Part shown: positions 1 through 8,920 of the stretch, piece by piece
Layout of the letters: each line of letters starts with the position of its first letter
Position numbering within the stretch: position 1 is the stretch's first letter
DNA from: an uncultured Enterobacteriaceae bacterium
GTDB lineage: Bacteria; Pseudomonadota; Gammaproteobacteria; Eutrophobiales; Eutrophobiaceae
Assembly: GCA_964479045.1 (NCBI GenBank)
Contig: CAYZJI010000002.1
Coordinates: 51,660 to 115,659 of the forward strand
Direction: 5' to 3'
Length of the DNA: 64,000 nt
Translations under genes and position numbers: made by a program
The notes under the pieces: model-generated
The model's database searches: none
What the model saw: the letters and a program-made list of their open reading frames with translations, nothing else
What the model was told of the DNA's origin: nothing

Positions 1-416
1 ATATGAGGCGTGCCACATACCTTGTAGGAATCAATTCGTGCCTGCATGGTTTCAGCTTCCTGTGCCGATGAAACCGCGATATTCATACCGGATTCCGGGA
101 AGTGTACCCGTTTGATTAACACATCCTGGCGTTTTTCCAGAAACGGTTTGAAACCACTCTCCAGTCGTTTACAAATTGAGCAGGTGTCCAGATACACTTC
201 AATGATGGTGTAGTGCCGATCATTTGCGAGTGAATGAAAGGGTTTTCCCTGCTCAAACAACCCTGAAAATTCGACCCTGGAAATATCCTTCTTGTCATTA
301 CGCGCCTGAGCTTGTTGCGGCACAGCAAAGTTACTGCGGTTACCCGGAACCGGGCCTCCGTAGTAGTAGAAGTAGAAAAATGCACTACCAATAATGATCC
401 AGATCAGTTTTTGCAT
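1..416 (-). CDS. Thioredoxin-fold thiol-disulfide oxidoreductase-like protein, partial (3' end runs past the window start)
   Basis: My own translation of the minus strand from the ATG at 416 gives MQKLIWIIIGSAFFYFYYY (signal/TM), then ...YLDTCSICKRLESGF... with a CxxC motif. The frame stays open to position 1. It is missing from the ORF track because it is truncated. Confidence 0.5.
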   Translation of the reverse strand, partial: MQKLIWIIIGSAFFYFYYYGGPVPGNRSNFAVPQQAQARNDKKDISRVEFSGLFEQGKPFHSLANDRHYTIIEVYLDTCSICKRLESGFKPFLEKRQDVLIKRVHFPESGMNIAVSSAQEAETMQARIDSYKVCGTPH

Positions 417-514
417 TTGTTCTTTATCCGGGAACCGCAAAAGTAAATCAAGTATAACGGTTACATCAACCTTCACCATATCCCTGCGCCTCGTGTGTTA
501 TATTTCGGGTTTGA

Positions 515-1153
515 TTGATTTCCGGAGAATCTGGCGGTATGGATCGGACCTATGAAGACTGGGCACGTGATCTGGTGGAAGCCGGGCGCTGGCTCTACGC
601 GCAGGGAATGGTGCCTGCGACCAGCGGCAATTTTTCCGCTCGCGTTACTCCGGATCGCTACGCAATTACGGTGTCCGGCCGGCACAAAGGCCATCTGACT
701 GTGGCTGACATCATGCAGGTGGATGCACAGGGCCATTCCCAGGACGGCCGCCGTCCTTCTGCCGAGACAGCATTGCACATGCAGATCTATCAGCGTTATC
801 CTGAGACCGCTGTGATATTGCATCATCATTCCCCCTATGCCACGCTATTATCACAACTGGTGTCCGGCGAAGTGGTTTTTGCTGATTACGAAATCCTGAA
901 AGCCTTTCCGGACATCGATACACATGAATCGGTATTACGTCTTCCGGTATTTGATAACAGCCAGGACATTCCGGAATTGGCCACGCGTGTTGCGGCCTAT
1001 ATGGATGAAAATTCTCCGATCTATGGCTATCTCATCAAGGGCCATGGACTGTATACCTGGGGCGAAACCATGGACGATGTATTACGGCATGTGGAAGCCT
1101 TTGAGTTTCTCTGCAAATGTGAACTGATGAAGAGAGGAGCGCGAACCTTATGA
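515..1153 (+). CDS. mtnB: Methylthioribulose-1-phosphate dehydratase (class II aldolase/adducin family)
   Basis: 212-aa ORF with class II aldolase-like sequence. It is the first gene of an mtnB-mtnD-mtnC cluster with 4-bp overlaps. The start could instead be the internal Met at 539. Confidence 0.75.
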   Translation: MISGESGGMDRTYEDWARDLVEAGRWLYAQGMVPATSGNFSARVTPDRYAITVSGRHKGHLTVADIMQVDAQGHSQDGRRPSAETALHMQIYQRYPETAVILHHHSPYATLLSQLVSGEVVFADYEILKAFPDIDTHESVLRLPVFDNSQDIPELATRVAAYMDENSPIYGYLIKGHGLYTWGETMDDVLRHVEAFEFLCKCELMKRGARTL

Positions 1154-1710
1154 CCACGCTGACCATTTTCCCGGAAAACGGTAAAGGCCGGGGCGAAACC
1201 CTGAGCGATTACAAAGCAATCTCGGCAACGTTGAACAGCGTCGGCGTGGAGTTCGAACGCTGGGAAGCCAACCAACCGCTGAGCAAAGAGGCCAAACAGG
1301 ATGAGGTGTTGGCAGCCTATAAGGAATCGATAGACACACTCAACAAAAAATACGGTTTTAAATCCATCGATGTAGTGGCCCTGAATCCGGACAATCCGGA
1401 CAAGGCCATGTTTCGCCAGAAATTCCTTGCCGAGCACACGCATGCCGATTTTGAAGTGCGGTTCTTTGTCGATGGGAGTGGTCTGTTTTATCTGCATATC
1501 GGTGACAAGGTCTATTGTGTGCTGTGTGAAAAAGGCGATCTCATCAGCGTGCCGGCCAACACCACGCACTGGTTCGACATGGGTGAAAATCCGTATTTCA
1601 AGGCCATCCGGTTCTTCACCACACCGGACGGCTGGGTCGGTAATTTTACCGGCAGTGAAATTGCCAGACAGTTTCCGGATTTCGACAAATTCGTCGCCGC
1701 TTACGCGTGA
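1150..1710 (+). CDS. mtnD: Acireductone dioxygenase (ARD, cupin)
   Basis: 186 aa. ARD-like cupin sequence (HTHADFEVRFFVDGSGLFYLH). Overlaps the mtnB stop (ATGA). Confidence 0.8.
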   Translation: MTTLTIFPENGKGRGETLSDYKAISATLNSVGVEFERWEANQPLSKEAKQDEVLAAYKESIDTLNKKYGFKSIDVVALNPDNPDKAMFRQKFLAEHTHADFEVRFFVDGSGLFYLHIGDKVYCVLCEKGDLISVPANTTHWFDMGENPYFKAIRFFTTPDGWVGNFTGSEIARQFPDFDKFVAAYA

Positions 1711-2384
1711 TCCGCGCAATCGTTACCGACATCGAAGGCACGACCACGTCGATCGCCTTCGTCAAGGATGTGTTGTTTCCCTATGCCCGGGCACATCTGC
1801 CGGAATTCATACGTTCTCACGCGCTCGATCCGGAAGTGCGCAAATTGCTGGATGATGTCTGCACCGAAGCGGGGCGCACACTGAATGGCGATGAAATCAT
1901 CGCCCAGCTCATTCAGTGGATCGATGAAGACAAAAAAATTACACCGTTGAAAGCCCTGCAGGGCATGTTATGGGAACAGGGTTATCGTGATGGCGGCTAC
2001 ACCGGCCATATTTACCCGGATGTACCCGGCAAGCTCAAGGAATGGCATAAACAGGGTATCAAACTCTATATCTATTCTTCCGGTTCGGTTCCGGCCCAGA
2101 AATTACTGTTCGGGAATTCCGATGCCGGTGACCTTACCCCACTCTTTTCAGGCTACTTTGATACCCGTATCGGCAACAAGCGGGATGCGAAATCCTATCA
2201 GGTGATCACGAAGGAAATCGGGCTGCCTGCGAATGAAATCCTGTTTTTGTCTGATATCGCTGAAGAACTGGATGCGGCCAAAGCGGCCGGGTTCGATACG
2301 TTGCAACTGGTTCGCAAGGAGGACGGTACACAGCCATCCCCCAATCACAAACAGGTAAACACTTTTAACAGGATTAATTTGTAA
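1707..2384 (+). CDS. mtnC: Enolase-phosphatase E1 (HAD family)
   Basis: 225 aa. N-terminus MIRAIVTDIEGTTTSI is the HAD motif I typical of MtnC. Overlaps the mtnD stop. Confidence 0.8.
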   Translation: MIRAIVTDIEGTTTSIAFVKDVLFPYARAHLPEFIRSHALDPEVRKLLDDVCTEAGRTLNGDEIIAQLIQWIDEDKKITPLKALQGMLWEQGYRDGGYTGHIYPDVPGKLKEWHKQGIKLYIYSSGSVPAQKLLFGNSDAGDLTPLFSGYFDTRIGNKRDAKSYQVITKEIGLPANEILFLSDIAEELDAAKAAGFDTLQLVRKEDGTQPSPNHKQVNTFNRINL

Positions 2385-2841
2385 ACGGCGGCGGGCCGAA
2401 GATTTCGATTTCACCTACCATGCCATGCGCTTCATGGTCTTCCTTGTGACAATAGAGTTTTAACTTGCCGTTAGTCATGGGATAGAAATACCATGCCAGC
2501 GTGGTGCCCGCCTTGATTTCGAGATCGTAAATATCGCCGTGGATTTCCGCGAGGGTCTTGCCATCTGTGCCGGTCACTTCGATCTTGCGGGTGTAGACGT
2601 GGGTGCCCATACCTTCGGAGGAAAAATAATGATCGGTTGAACTGGGATTGCTGATGACCAGCTTGTAATACTTGCCGCGTTCAAAGCGGAGTTTGTCCGG
2701 CACGAATTTCAGTTCACCTTCTGCGGTGCCGGCCGTGACATTAACAGTGATGGATTCAGGCGGACCACCGCGTTTTTCTGCGGCAACAATATTAAAGGGA
2801 ACAGACAGCAGTACCAGCAAACACAAATTTATTGCTTTCAT
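2374..2841 (-). CDS. Periplasmic cupredoxin-like copper-binding protein (COG4454-like), tentative
   Basis: 155 aa with a signal peptide (MKAINLCLLVLLSVPFNIVAAE). Candidate type-1 Cu ligands: His in TDHYF and Cys/His/Met in YCHKEDHEAHGM. Confidence 0.45.
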   Translation of the reverse strand: MKAINLCLLVLLSVPFNIVAAEKRGGPPESITVNVTAGTAEGELKFVPDKLRFERGKYYKLVISNPSSTDHYFSSEGMGTHVYTRKIEVTGTDGKTLAEIHGDIYDLEIKAGTTLAWYFYPMTNGKLKLYCHKEDHEAHGMVGEIEIFGPPPFTN

Positions 2842-2927
2842 GGATGCGCATCCTCAATAACAGGTCGCGGGAATCAGTCCCGGAATGAAAGCAGAACGAT
2901 ATTTTTCCATGGTTCCAGGCGTTCTGC

Positions 2928-3875
2928 TTATTGCGCATTATGATAGGAAAATTTCCCGCCCTCCAGCATTTTCTCCCGTGCCTGCAATACAACTTTAACT
3001 ACATTTTCAATGACCGCTTCCGGGGCTTCGCTGTAAAGATTATGGCCAGTCTCAGGCACAAACACGTGCCATGAATACGGGCTTAATTCAGCCAATTCAT
3101 TCTGCATGTTGATCCATTCCGCTTCCATGGATTTACCGTCCACTTCAGGTAACTGGCTCACGCTGCGGCTCAGGACAGCCAGTGGAATGTCGGGGAATGC
3201 GCCGGCCTGTCTGACCTGCGCTGCACTTTCAGAAAAATTTTTCAGTTCGTCCATTTGCGCATATGTGGCCTTGCGACTGGAGTTGAGATAAAACCATTTT
3301 TTTTCCATGTCCGTCATAGATTCCGGCGGCGGACCTCTGCGTGAGACCACCAGCGAATGCTTCGGCCCGGATTTGTCGAGTGCCGCAAGCCGTTGTACCT
3401 GATCGGGATGGGATGATTCGACCAGCACGGCACCTACCGTTTCATCCGGATACTGTGCAGCGAAATACTGGGCGGTGAAGCCACCAAAGGAATGACCCAC
3501 CAGCACATAAGGCCCGGGGACCTCGGCGAGTTCGAGCAAGGCACGTAATTCATAGGTAATTTGTGCAGTGGTTCTTGCACCGGGCCCGGAATCACTGAAA
3601 CCATATCCAGCGCGATCATAAAGACAGACACGGGTTTCATTCTCCAGTCCTTCCAGTATGGGCAGCCAGCTTGCCGAAGCTTCACCCAGCCCGACGTCGA
3701 TCAACACCGTGGGTGATTTGAAACCACGGCAGTCGATGTACATCCGGTGCAGACCGAGATTCACGAATTTACCGGGCGGACGGTTGATGTCATATTCCGT
3801 CGCGGCCACTAATTGCGGATTTATGAAAAACAGCAGTGTGGCAATCATCACAAGTCCGGTTATTCTGTTTGTCAT
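2928..3875 (-). CDS. Alpha/beta-hydrolase fold protein (secreted esterase/lipase-like)
   Basis: GHSFGG nucleophile elbow. The start was moved to the internal ATG at 3875 (MTNRITGLVMIATLLFFINPQLVAATEYD, a signal peptide). The upstream extension in the track has no homology-like features. Confidence 0.65.
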   Translation of the reverse strand: MTNRITGLVMIATLLFFINPQLVAATEYDINRPPGKFVNLGLHRMYIDCRGFKSPTVLIDVGLGEASASWLPILEGLENETRVCLYDRAGYGFSDSGPGARTTAQITYELRALLELAEVPGPYVLVGHSFGGFTAQYFAAQYPDETVGAVLVESSHPDQVQRLAALDKSGPKHSLVVSRRGPPPESMTDMEKKWFYLNSSRKATYAQMDELKNFSESAAQVRQAGAFPDIPLAVLSRSVSQLPEVDGKSMEAEWINMQNELAELSPYSWHVFVPETGHNLYSEAPEAVIENVVKVVLQAREKMLEGGKFSYHNAQ

Positions 3876-3897
3876 GCTAATTTCCAATCTGCAGTTT

Positions 3898-4890
3898 TTA
3901 TATTTCGGTATCGACGGTAATCCCCTCTGCTTCAAGCACGCGCTTGAGCGCTTTTTCCATGATGCCGCGTGCATGGCCGGTGACGGTTTTGAGGTGCGCG
4001 TGCAGTGCGGCATCCTCGGCATTACGGTTTTCGCAATCGGCACTGTAAACCTCAAACTGAATCAGTTGCTGGATGATGCTGGACAGATGCTGGGGACACT
4101 CGCATTTGACTGTAGAAGAAGCACTGGAGGCTTCCACCAGCCCCTTGTTGCTGAATAGCCGGCGTGGCGCTGGCTCAGTGATGTCGATCGGGATACGCTC
4201 ACTTGCCGGATAAGGCGCACGCAGTTTGCGTTTTATTTCGTTATAGAGAAGCGTCAGGGAGACCGGTGCCTGGATAAATGTATATTCATTGCCCGCGAAG
4301 GATTCCAGAATCTGATGGCTGGTAAAACCATAGATCACAAATGCATGACGAGCATTGGCCAGTCTGAGCAAACGCCTGATTTCACGTGCAGTGTCTGTGT
4401 GGATCGCCGGATACTCCAGAATGATGACATCCGTTTTCTTTTCGCTGACGTTTGCTTCGAATTCGGCCTGCACCCTGTGTAACCCGGTGAAGACCAGTTC
4501 TGGATCCGCAGACTCCTGGCTGATGCGGTGTGGAAGAATTTCGCCCAGCACAGCGATCTGCAAAGGGTTTTCTGGAGAAAGAATCCGCTGTGAAGTCAGG
4601 GCTTCCCGATCATATGCAGTTAGCTGGGTTTCCAGTTCGGCATCGGGCAGGTGAGCGATACTGCCGATGGCATGTCCGCGATCGGTCAGTTTCTTTAATA
4701 ATGACAGGCGCTTGATATCCTCCCGTCCATAAAGTCGATCAGCGCCCTGGCTGCGCTTGGGGGAAACCACCTGATAACGTCTTTCCCAGATCCGCAAGGT
4801 GTCTACCGGGATGCCAGTCAAACGCGAAGCAGCCCCGATACGAAAGCTGGTCAGATCGGAGCTGTGATTAACGATGTTGCTGACTTTCAT
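3898..4890 (-). CDS. MerR-family transcriptional regulator with a large C-terminal domain of unclear type
   Basis: N-terminal MerR helix-turn-helix (FRIGAASRLTGIPVDTLRIWERRY). About 250 aa of C-terminal extension with a Rossmann-like stretch and a Cys/His-containing tail. Divergent from the kinase module. Confidence 0.6.
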   Translation of the reverse strand: MKVSNIVNHSSDLTSFRIGAASRLTGIPVDTLRIWERRYQVVSPKRSQGADRLYGREDIKRLSLLKKLTDRGHAIGSIAHLPDAELETQLTAYDREALTSQRILSPENPLQIAVLGEILPHRISQESADPELVFTGLHRVQAEFEANVSEKKTDVIILEYPAIHTDTAREIRRLLRLANARHAFVIYGFTSHQILESFAGNEYTFIQAPVSLTLLYNEIKRKLRAPYPASERIPIDITEPAPRRLFSNKGLVEASSASSTVKCECPQHLSSIIQQLIQFEVYSADCENRNAEDAALHAHLKTVTGHARGIMEKALKRVLEAEGITVDTEI

Positions 4891-5335
4891 AAATTCCTCT
4901 CAGTCATATTAAGTTAAATATAGACAAAACATGGACATAAAATTATATTAATATGATCATTAATTCAATAAATATTTGTATAACAAAGTTTATAAAAATC
5001 ATCTTGAAAAATGTAATTATTTTGTATAATACTTGTACAGGTTATTTATTGTACATAATTCGTATCATAAATTATCCATATCACACGAAGAATCAGGGAC
5101 TTAACAGGTTTTTCCCTTTGTGGTGGTGTTATTGGTTGTTTGATTTCCATCCGGGGGCGGGTCAAGACTGGCTGCCGAATACCCGCTAGAGGCAGTCGGG
5201 CTGACCACCCGGATGGACCTTTATTTACACTTTCCCCAGGTGTGGTCTATTTCAGAGATACGGTCTTATCGGTGATAATTACGCCAGTAGTTATTCACCT
5301 GTATTTGCCGCAACAGTGACCAAGCGAGAGTGTGC

Positions 5336-5860
5336 ATGACCACCCCGGAAACCTCATCAACGACTGTCAATCCCAGCGATAAACTGCACCAGCTCAACGT
5401 GACCTATTCCAACCGGGAAGATCGCTTGCTGTTGCGCGTCACCACACAGCAGGGTGATGAATACCGCCTGTGGATGTCACGGCGTTTTACCAACCTGTTG
5501 TTTAACGTACTTAAAAAGGAAATGGAAAAGCATGGCGGTGTCACCAGTGTGGGGGCAAGCAGGCAGGCGCAGGAGATGTTTAATGCAGGCGCATTCGAAA
5601 AATCATTCGAGCATGAAAAATCGATTAATCTGCCGTTGGGGGAAGAAGGTTTCCTCGCCTATGGAATCAAAACCCACAACAATCCCGGTGGTAATATGAG
5701 CCTGGAAATTTTCCCGGAAAAAGGACAGGGAATAAATCTGAACCTGAACCAGGGAATGCTCTATATGTTTTACAATCTCCTTTCACAGGGCATCATCCGG
5801 GCCGAATGGCACCGGAACATTGAGATGTTCCAGGAAGAAGCTTCACAGCATATCCATTAA
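5336..5860 (+). CDS. Hypothetical protein (no recognisable domain), first gene of a two-gene unit with the Ser/Thr kinase
   Basis: ATG at 5336 has a GAGAG Shine-Dalgarno 6 nt upstream; the track start at 5330 is a GTG. Stop is 16 bp before the kinase start. Confidence 0.5.
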   Translation: MTTPETSSTTVNPSDKLHQLNVTYSNREDRLLLRVTTQQGDEYRLWMSRRFTNLLFNVLKKEMEKHGGVTSVGASRQAQEMFNAGAFEKSFEHEKSINLPLGEEGFLAYGIKTHNNPGGNMSLEIFPEKGQGINLNLNQGMLYMFYNLLSQGIIRAEWHRNIEMFQEEASQHIH

Positions 5861-5876
5861 TCTGCGGATGTTCTGA

Positions 5877-7406
5877 ATGGAACAACACCGCAATTCGCTG
5901 CAGCCCGGTTACCAACTGCATTGGTATCGCATCGAGCAAATACTGGGGCAGGGAGGTTTCGGCATTACCTATCTTGCCCACGATACCAATCTCAAACAGC
6001 AAGTCGCGATCAAGGAATATCTGCCGGTGGAACTGGCGGTGAGGGAAAAGAATATTTCCGTACATCCGGTTTCAGGCGAACATGGCATACAGTACAACTG
6101 GGGACTGGAACGATTCATCAATGAGGCGCAGACACTGGCGCGCTTCAAACATCCGAATATCGTCAGGGTATTGACCATATTCCGCGAGAACAATACCGCC
6201 TATATGGTCATGGAATATGAACAGGGACGGCCACTGCATGAAATCCTGAAAGCAAAAAAAACGCTGGATGAAGAGGAACTGAAAAAGATCATATTACCGG
6301 TCATGGAAGGATTACAGGCCGTCCATGCCGAGAACTTTATCCATCGTGACATCAAACCGCCGAATATATACATCCGTGAAGACGGCAGTCCGGTGCTGCT
6401 GGATTTCGGTTCAGCGCGCCAGTCACTTGCGGAACAGACCTTGACCATGACGGCGATGGTCTCGCCGGGTTATGCCCCGTTTGAACAGTATGTCAGCAAC
6501 AGCAAAAAGCAGGGTCCATGGTCTGATATCTACGGACTGGGGGCCACTCTGTATCGGGCGGTCACAGGTATCTCTCCACCGGACTCCATGAATCGCAGTG
6601 AAGCGATCCTGCATACAGGCAAGGATATATATGTACCGGCAGCCGAGATCGTGCCGGGGAAATATTCGCCACAGCTTATTGCGGCCATCGATCATGCCAT
6701 GGCCTTCAAACCGGAAGATCGTCCCCAAAACCTGGAGTCCTGGCGATCGGAAATGGAAGGCAATTATCAGGTCAAGGCTGAAAGTTCGCCGGTCACAAAT
6801 CCGGGTAGTGAAACGGTCACTGAGAAGGTTGAACGTGTAAATCATTCACAAACATTGCCGGCGGCCAGAGGCAAACCGGCAAAAATAATGACTGCTGTGG
6901 GGATCGGCCTGTTGGTGATTCTGGTGTTGATTGCGGTGAACCACAAAATCAAAAAAACCAATGCTGAATGGCGGGACGCTGCTGCGACGGCGGATGTCAC
7001 CGCACAAAAGCCCGAAGAGGTTAAGCTGCCTGCAGAAGAAGTGAAACCAGCTGAGCCTGAGCTGGCGCCGCCGCCATCTGCCCGGCAACAGGTGATCGCA
7101 GACAAGCCGGTTATCACTGAAACAGAGGGAGCTGTGCCAGAACAGGAACGCAAACGTCTACAGCGACTGCGGGACCGTGTCAGATCCCAACCCGGCGATC
7201 AGACTGTGCGTGAAGAGGTAAAAAGTACAGCAGCCAGAATTGATGCTGCCATAAAAAAAGCCCTCGAAAATGGAGATTACCAACTTGCCAGGAATTACAT
7301 TAATGAACTGAAAACGGTCATGGCGGACAACCCCAGGGCGCAAAAACGGCTGGATGAATTACTGAATAATATAGAACTCAGGGAAAAACAGGCGAAGGCA
7401 CGCTGA
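5877..7406 (+). CDS. Membrane-anchored Hanks-type Ser/Thr protein kinase with a C-terminal extracytoplasmic charged/helical domain
   Basis: Kinase motifs GQGGFG, VAIKEY, HRDIKPPNI and DFGSA. One TM helix (IMTAVGIGLLVILVLIAV) at about residues 337-356. Then a Pro/Glu/Lys-rich linker and a helical C-terminal domain. Confidence 0.8.
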   Translation: MEQHRNSLQPGYQLHWYRIEQILGQGGFGITYLAHDTNLKQQVAIKEYLPVELAVREKNISVHPVSGEHGIQYNWGLERFINEAQTLARFKHPNIVRVLTIFRENNTAYMVMEYEQGRPLHEILKAKKTLDEEELKKIILPVMEGLQAVHAENFIHRDIKPPNIYIREDGSPVLLDFGSARQSLAEQTLTMTAMVSPGYAPFEQYVSNSKKQGPWSDIYGLGATLYRAVTGISPPDSMNRSEAILHTGKDIYVPAAEIVPGKYSPQLIAAIDHAMAFKPEDRPQNLESWRSEMEGNYQVKAESSPVTNPGSETVTEKVERVNHSQTLPAARGKPAKIMTAVGIGLLVILVLIAVNHKIKKTNAEWRDAAATADVTAQKPEEVKLPAEEVKPAEPELAPPPSARQQVIADKPVITETEGAVPEQERKRLQRLRDRVRSQPGDQTVREEVKSTAARIDAAIKKALENGDYQLARNYINELKTVMADNPRAQKRLDELLNNIELREKQAKAR

Positions 7407-7433
7407 CAGATGAAATAATGCGGGTAAGCACAG

Positions 7434-7997
7434 ATGAATGAAGACCAGACAAGGTTTGCAGAAATGTTGATCAAAAACCGCAGGACTATACACGAATTCA
7501 AACCGGAACCTGCGCCTGTAGAAAAAATACGCACGGCCATCGATGCCGCCCGTTGGGCACCCAATCATCATCTGACCGAGCCATGGCATTTCTACATACT
7601 GGGCCCGCAAAGCATAAAAGGGATCGTCGAATTGAATGCGCGGCTGGTCCGGGAAAAGAAGGGTGATGAGGCGGCGCGGATCAAAACCGAACGCTGGTCG
7701 CAGGTTCCAGGCTGGCTGGTGTTGACCTGTGACAAATCTGATGATCCGGTGCTGATGCAGGAAGATTATGCTGCCTGTTGCTGTGCCGCGCAGAATTTCA
7801 TGCTGTATCTCTGGCATGAAGGCATCGGCGTTAAATGGTCGACCGGCGGCATCATCCGCGCCCCGGAATTCTATGATTTACTCTGGATCGATCCGGCGGC
7901 TGAATCCGTGGTGGGCATGTTCTGGTATGGTTATGCAGCGGAGATTCCGGTGGCCACACGCAAACCGGCAGAGGGGATTATTGTTGATCTGCCGTAA
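7434..7997 (+). CDS. Nitroreductase-family protein
   Basis: 187 aa with a nitroreductase-like N-terminus (NRRTIHEFKPEPAPVEKIRTAIDAARWAPNHHLTEPWHFYILG). Confidence 0.7.
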   Translation: MNEDQTRFAEMLIKNRRTIHEFKPEPAPVEKIRTAIDAARWAPNHHLTEPWHFYILGPQSIKGIVELNARLVREKKGDEAARIKTERWSQVPGWLVLTCDKSDDPVLMQEDYAACCCAAQNFMLYLWHEGIGVKWSTGGIIRAPEFYDLLWIDPAAESVVGMFWYGYAAEIPVATRKPAEGIIVDLP

Positions 7998-8123
7998 CAT
8001 CAGGGATTCAGTAATTAATTTTCGGATCATTACGCAGTTTAATCAAAATGTCATTTTAAAAAAACATTACTGTCATAATTTCTGATCAGACTGCGTGCCC
8101 AGTCAATCACCGGCTGGGCACTT

Positions 8124-8915
8124 ATGACCAACGTCAGATCGATCACGCCGCAGTATTACCGTTCAATTTTTATTTCTGATGTGCATCTGGGATTTTCGGG
8201 ATGCAGTGCCCTTTACCTCCTTGATTTTCTGCGATCAACCCGCTGTGATTACCTGTTTCTGGTCGGCGATATCATTGATGTGTGGCAGATGAACAAAAAG
8301 ATTTACTGGCCACAGGCACACAATGATGTGGTGCGCACCATTCTCGGCAAGGCCAAGCATGGAACGCGTGTGATTTATGTACCGGGCAATCACGATGAGG
8401 TGTTCCGGGACTTCGATGGCATGATATTCGGTAATCTTGAAGTCCATAACGAGTATGTACATACCACACGCGAGGATAAACGATTCCTGGTACTGCACGG
8501 CGACCAGTTCGATGGTGTCATTACCCATTCAAAATTTCTCGCACTGATTGGCAGCACCATGTACGAAGTCCTGCTCAGGGCAAACCACCTGGTCAACTTC
8601 ATCCGCCGCCGTCTGGGGTTTTCCTACTGGTCACTGGCCAGCATGCTGAAACAGCGGGTCAAGGGGGCCGTGAATTTTATAAGTAATTATGAAGCCGCCT
8701 TGGCACATGCAGCGAGAAAAAATGAAGTTGATGGAATTATTTCCGGGCATATTCACCGCGCCGAGATCACCCAGATGGAAGATGTGATTTATTGCAACTG
8801 CGGTGATTGGGTGGAAAGCTGCACGGCGCTGGTGGAACGGCGTGATGGCAGTATGGAACTCCTGCACTGGTCAGAGCGACAGCAATCTCTTAAAACACTC
8901 GAGCAGGCAGCCTGA
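8124..8915 (+). CDS. LpxH-like metallophosphoesterase (UDP-2,3-diacylglucosamine hydrolase family paralog)
   Basis: Calcineurin-like motifs in LpxH order: ISDVHLG, GDIIDVW, GNHDE, LHGDQFD, SGHIHR. Confidence 0.6.
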   Translation: MTNVRSITPQYYRSIFISDVHLGFSGCSALYLLDFLRSTRCDYLFLVGDIIDVWQMNKKIYWPQAHNDVVRTILGKAKHGTRVIYVPGNHDEVFRDFDGMIFGNLEVHNEYVHTTREDKRFLVLHGDQFDGVITHSKFLALIGSTMYEVLLRANHLVNFIRRRLGFSYWSLASMLKQRVKGAVNFISNYEAALAHAARKNEVDGIISGHIHRAEITQMEDVIYCNCGDWVESCTALVERRDGSMELLHWSERQQSLKTLEQAA

Positions 8916-8920
8916 GTGGT

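Noticed and set aside
116-391. 91-aa minus-strand ORF from the track
   Set aside because: It lies in a different frame from the longer thioredoxin-like reading frame that I translated from the ATG at 416 and that stays open to the window edge. The 91-aa product is low-complexity.
4953-5189. 78-aa ORF inside the AT-rich MerR/kinase intergenic region
   Set aside because: The sequence (MIINSINICITKFIKIILKNVIILY...) is extremely Ile/Asn/Lys/Tyr-biased, as expected from translating AT-rich non-coding DNA. There is no ribosome-binding site. The region more plausibly carries divergent promoters.
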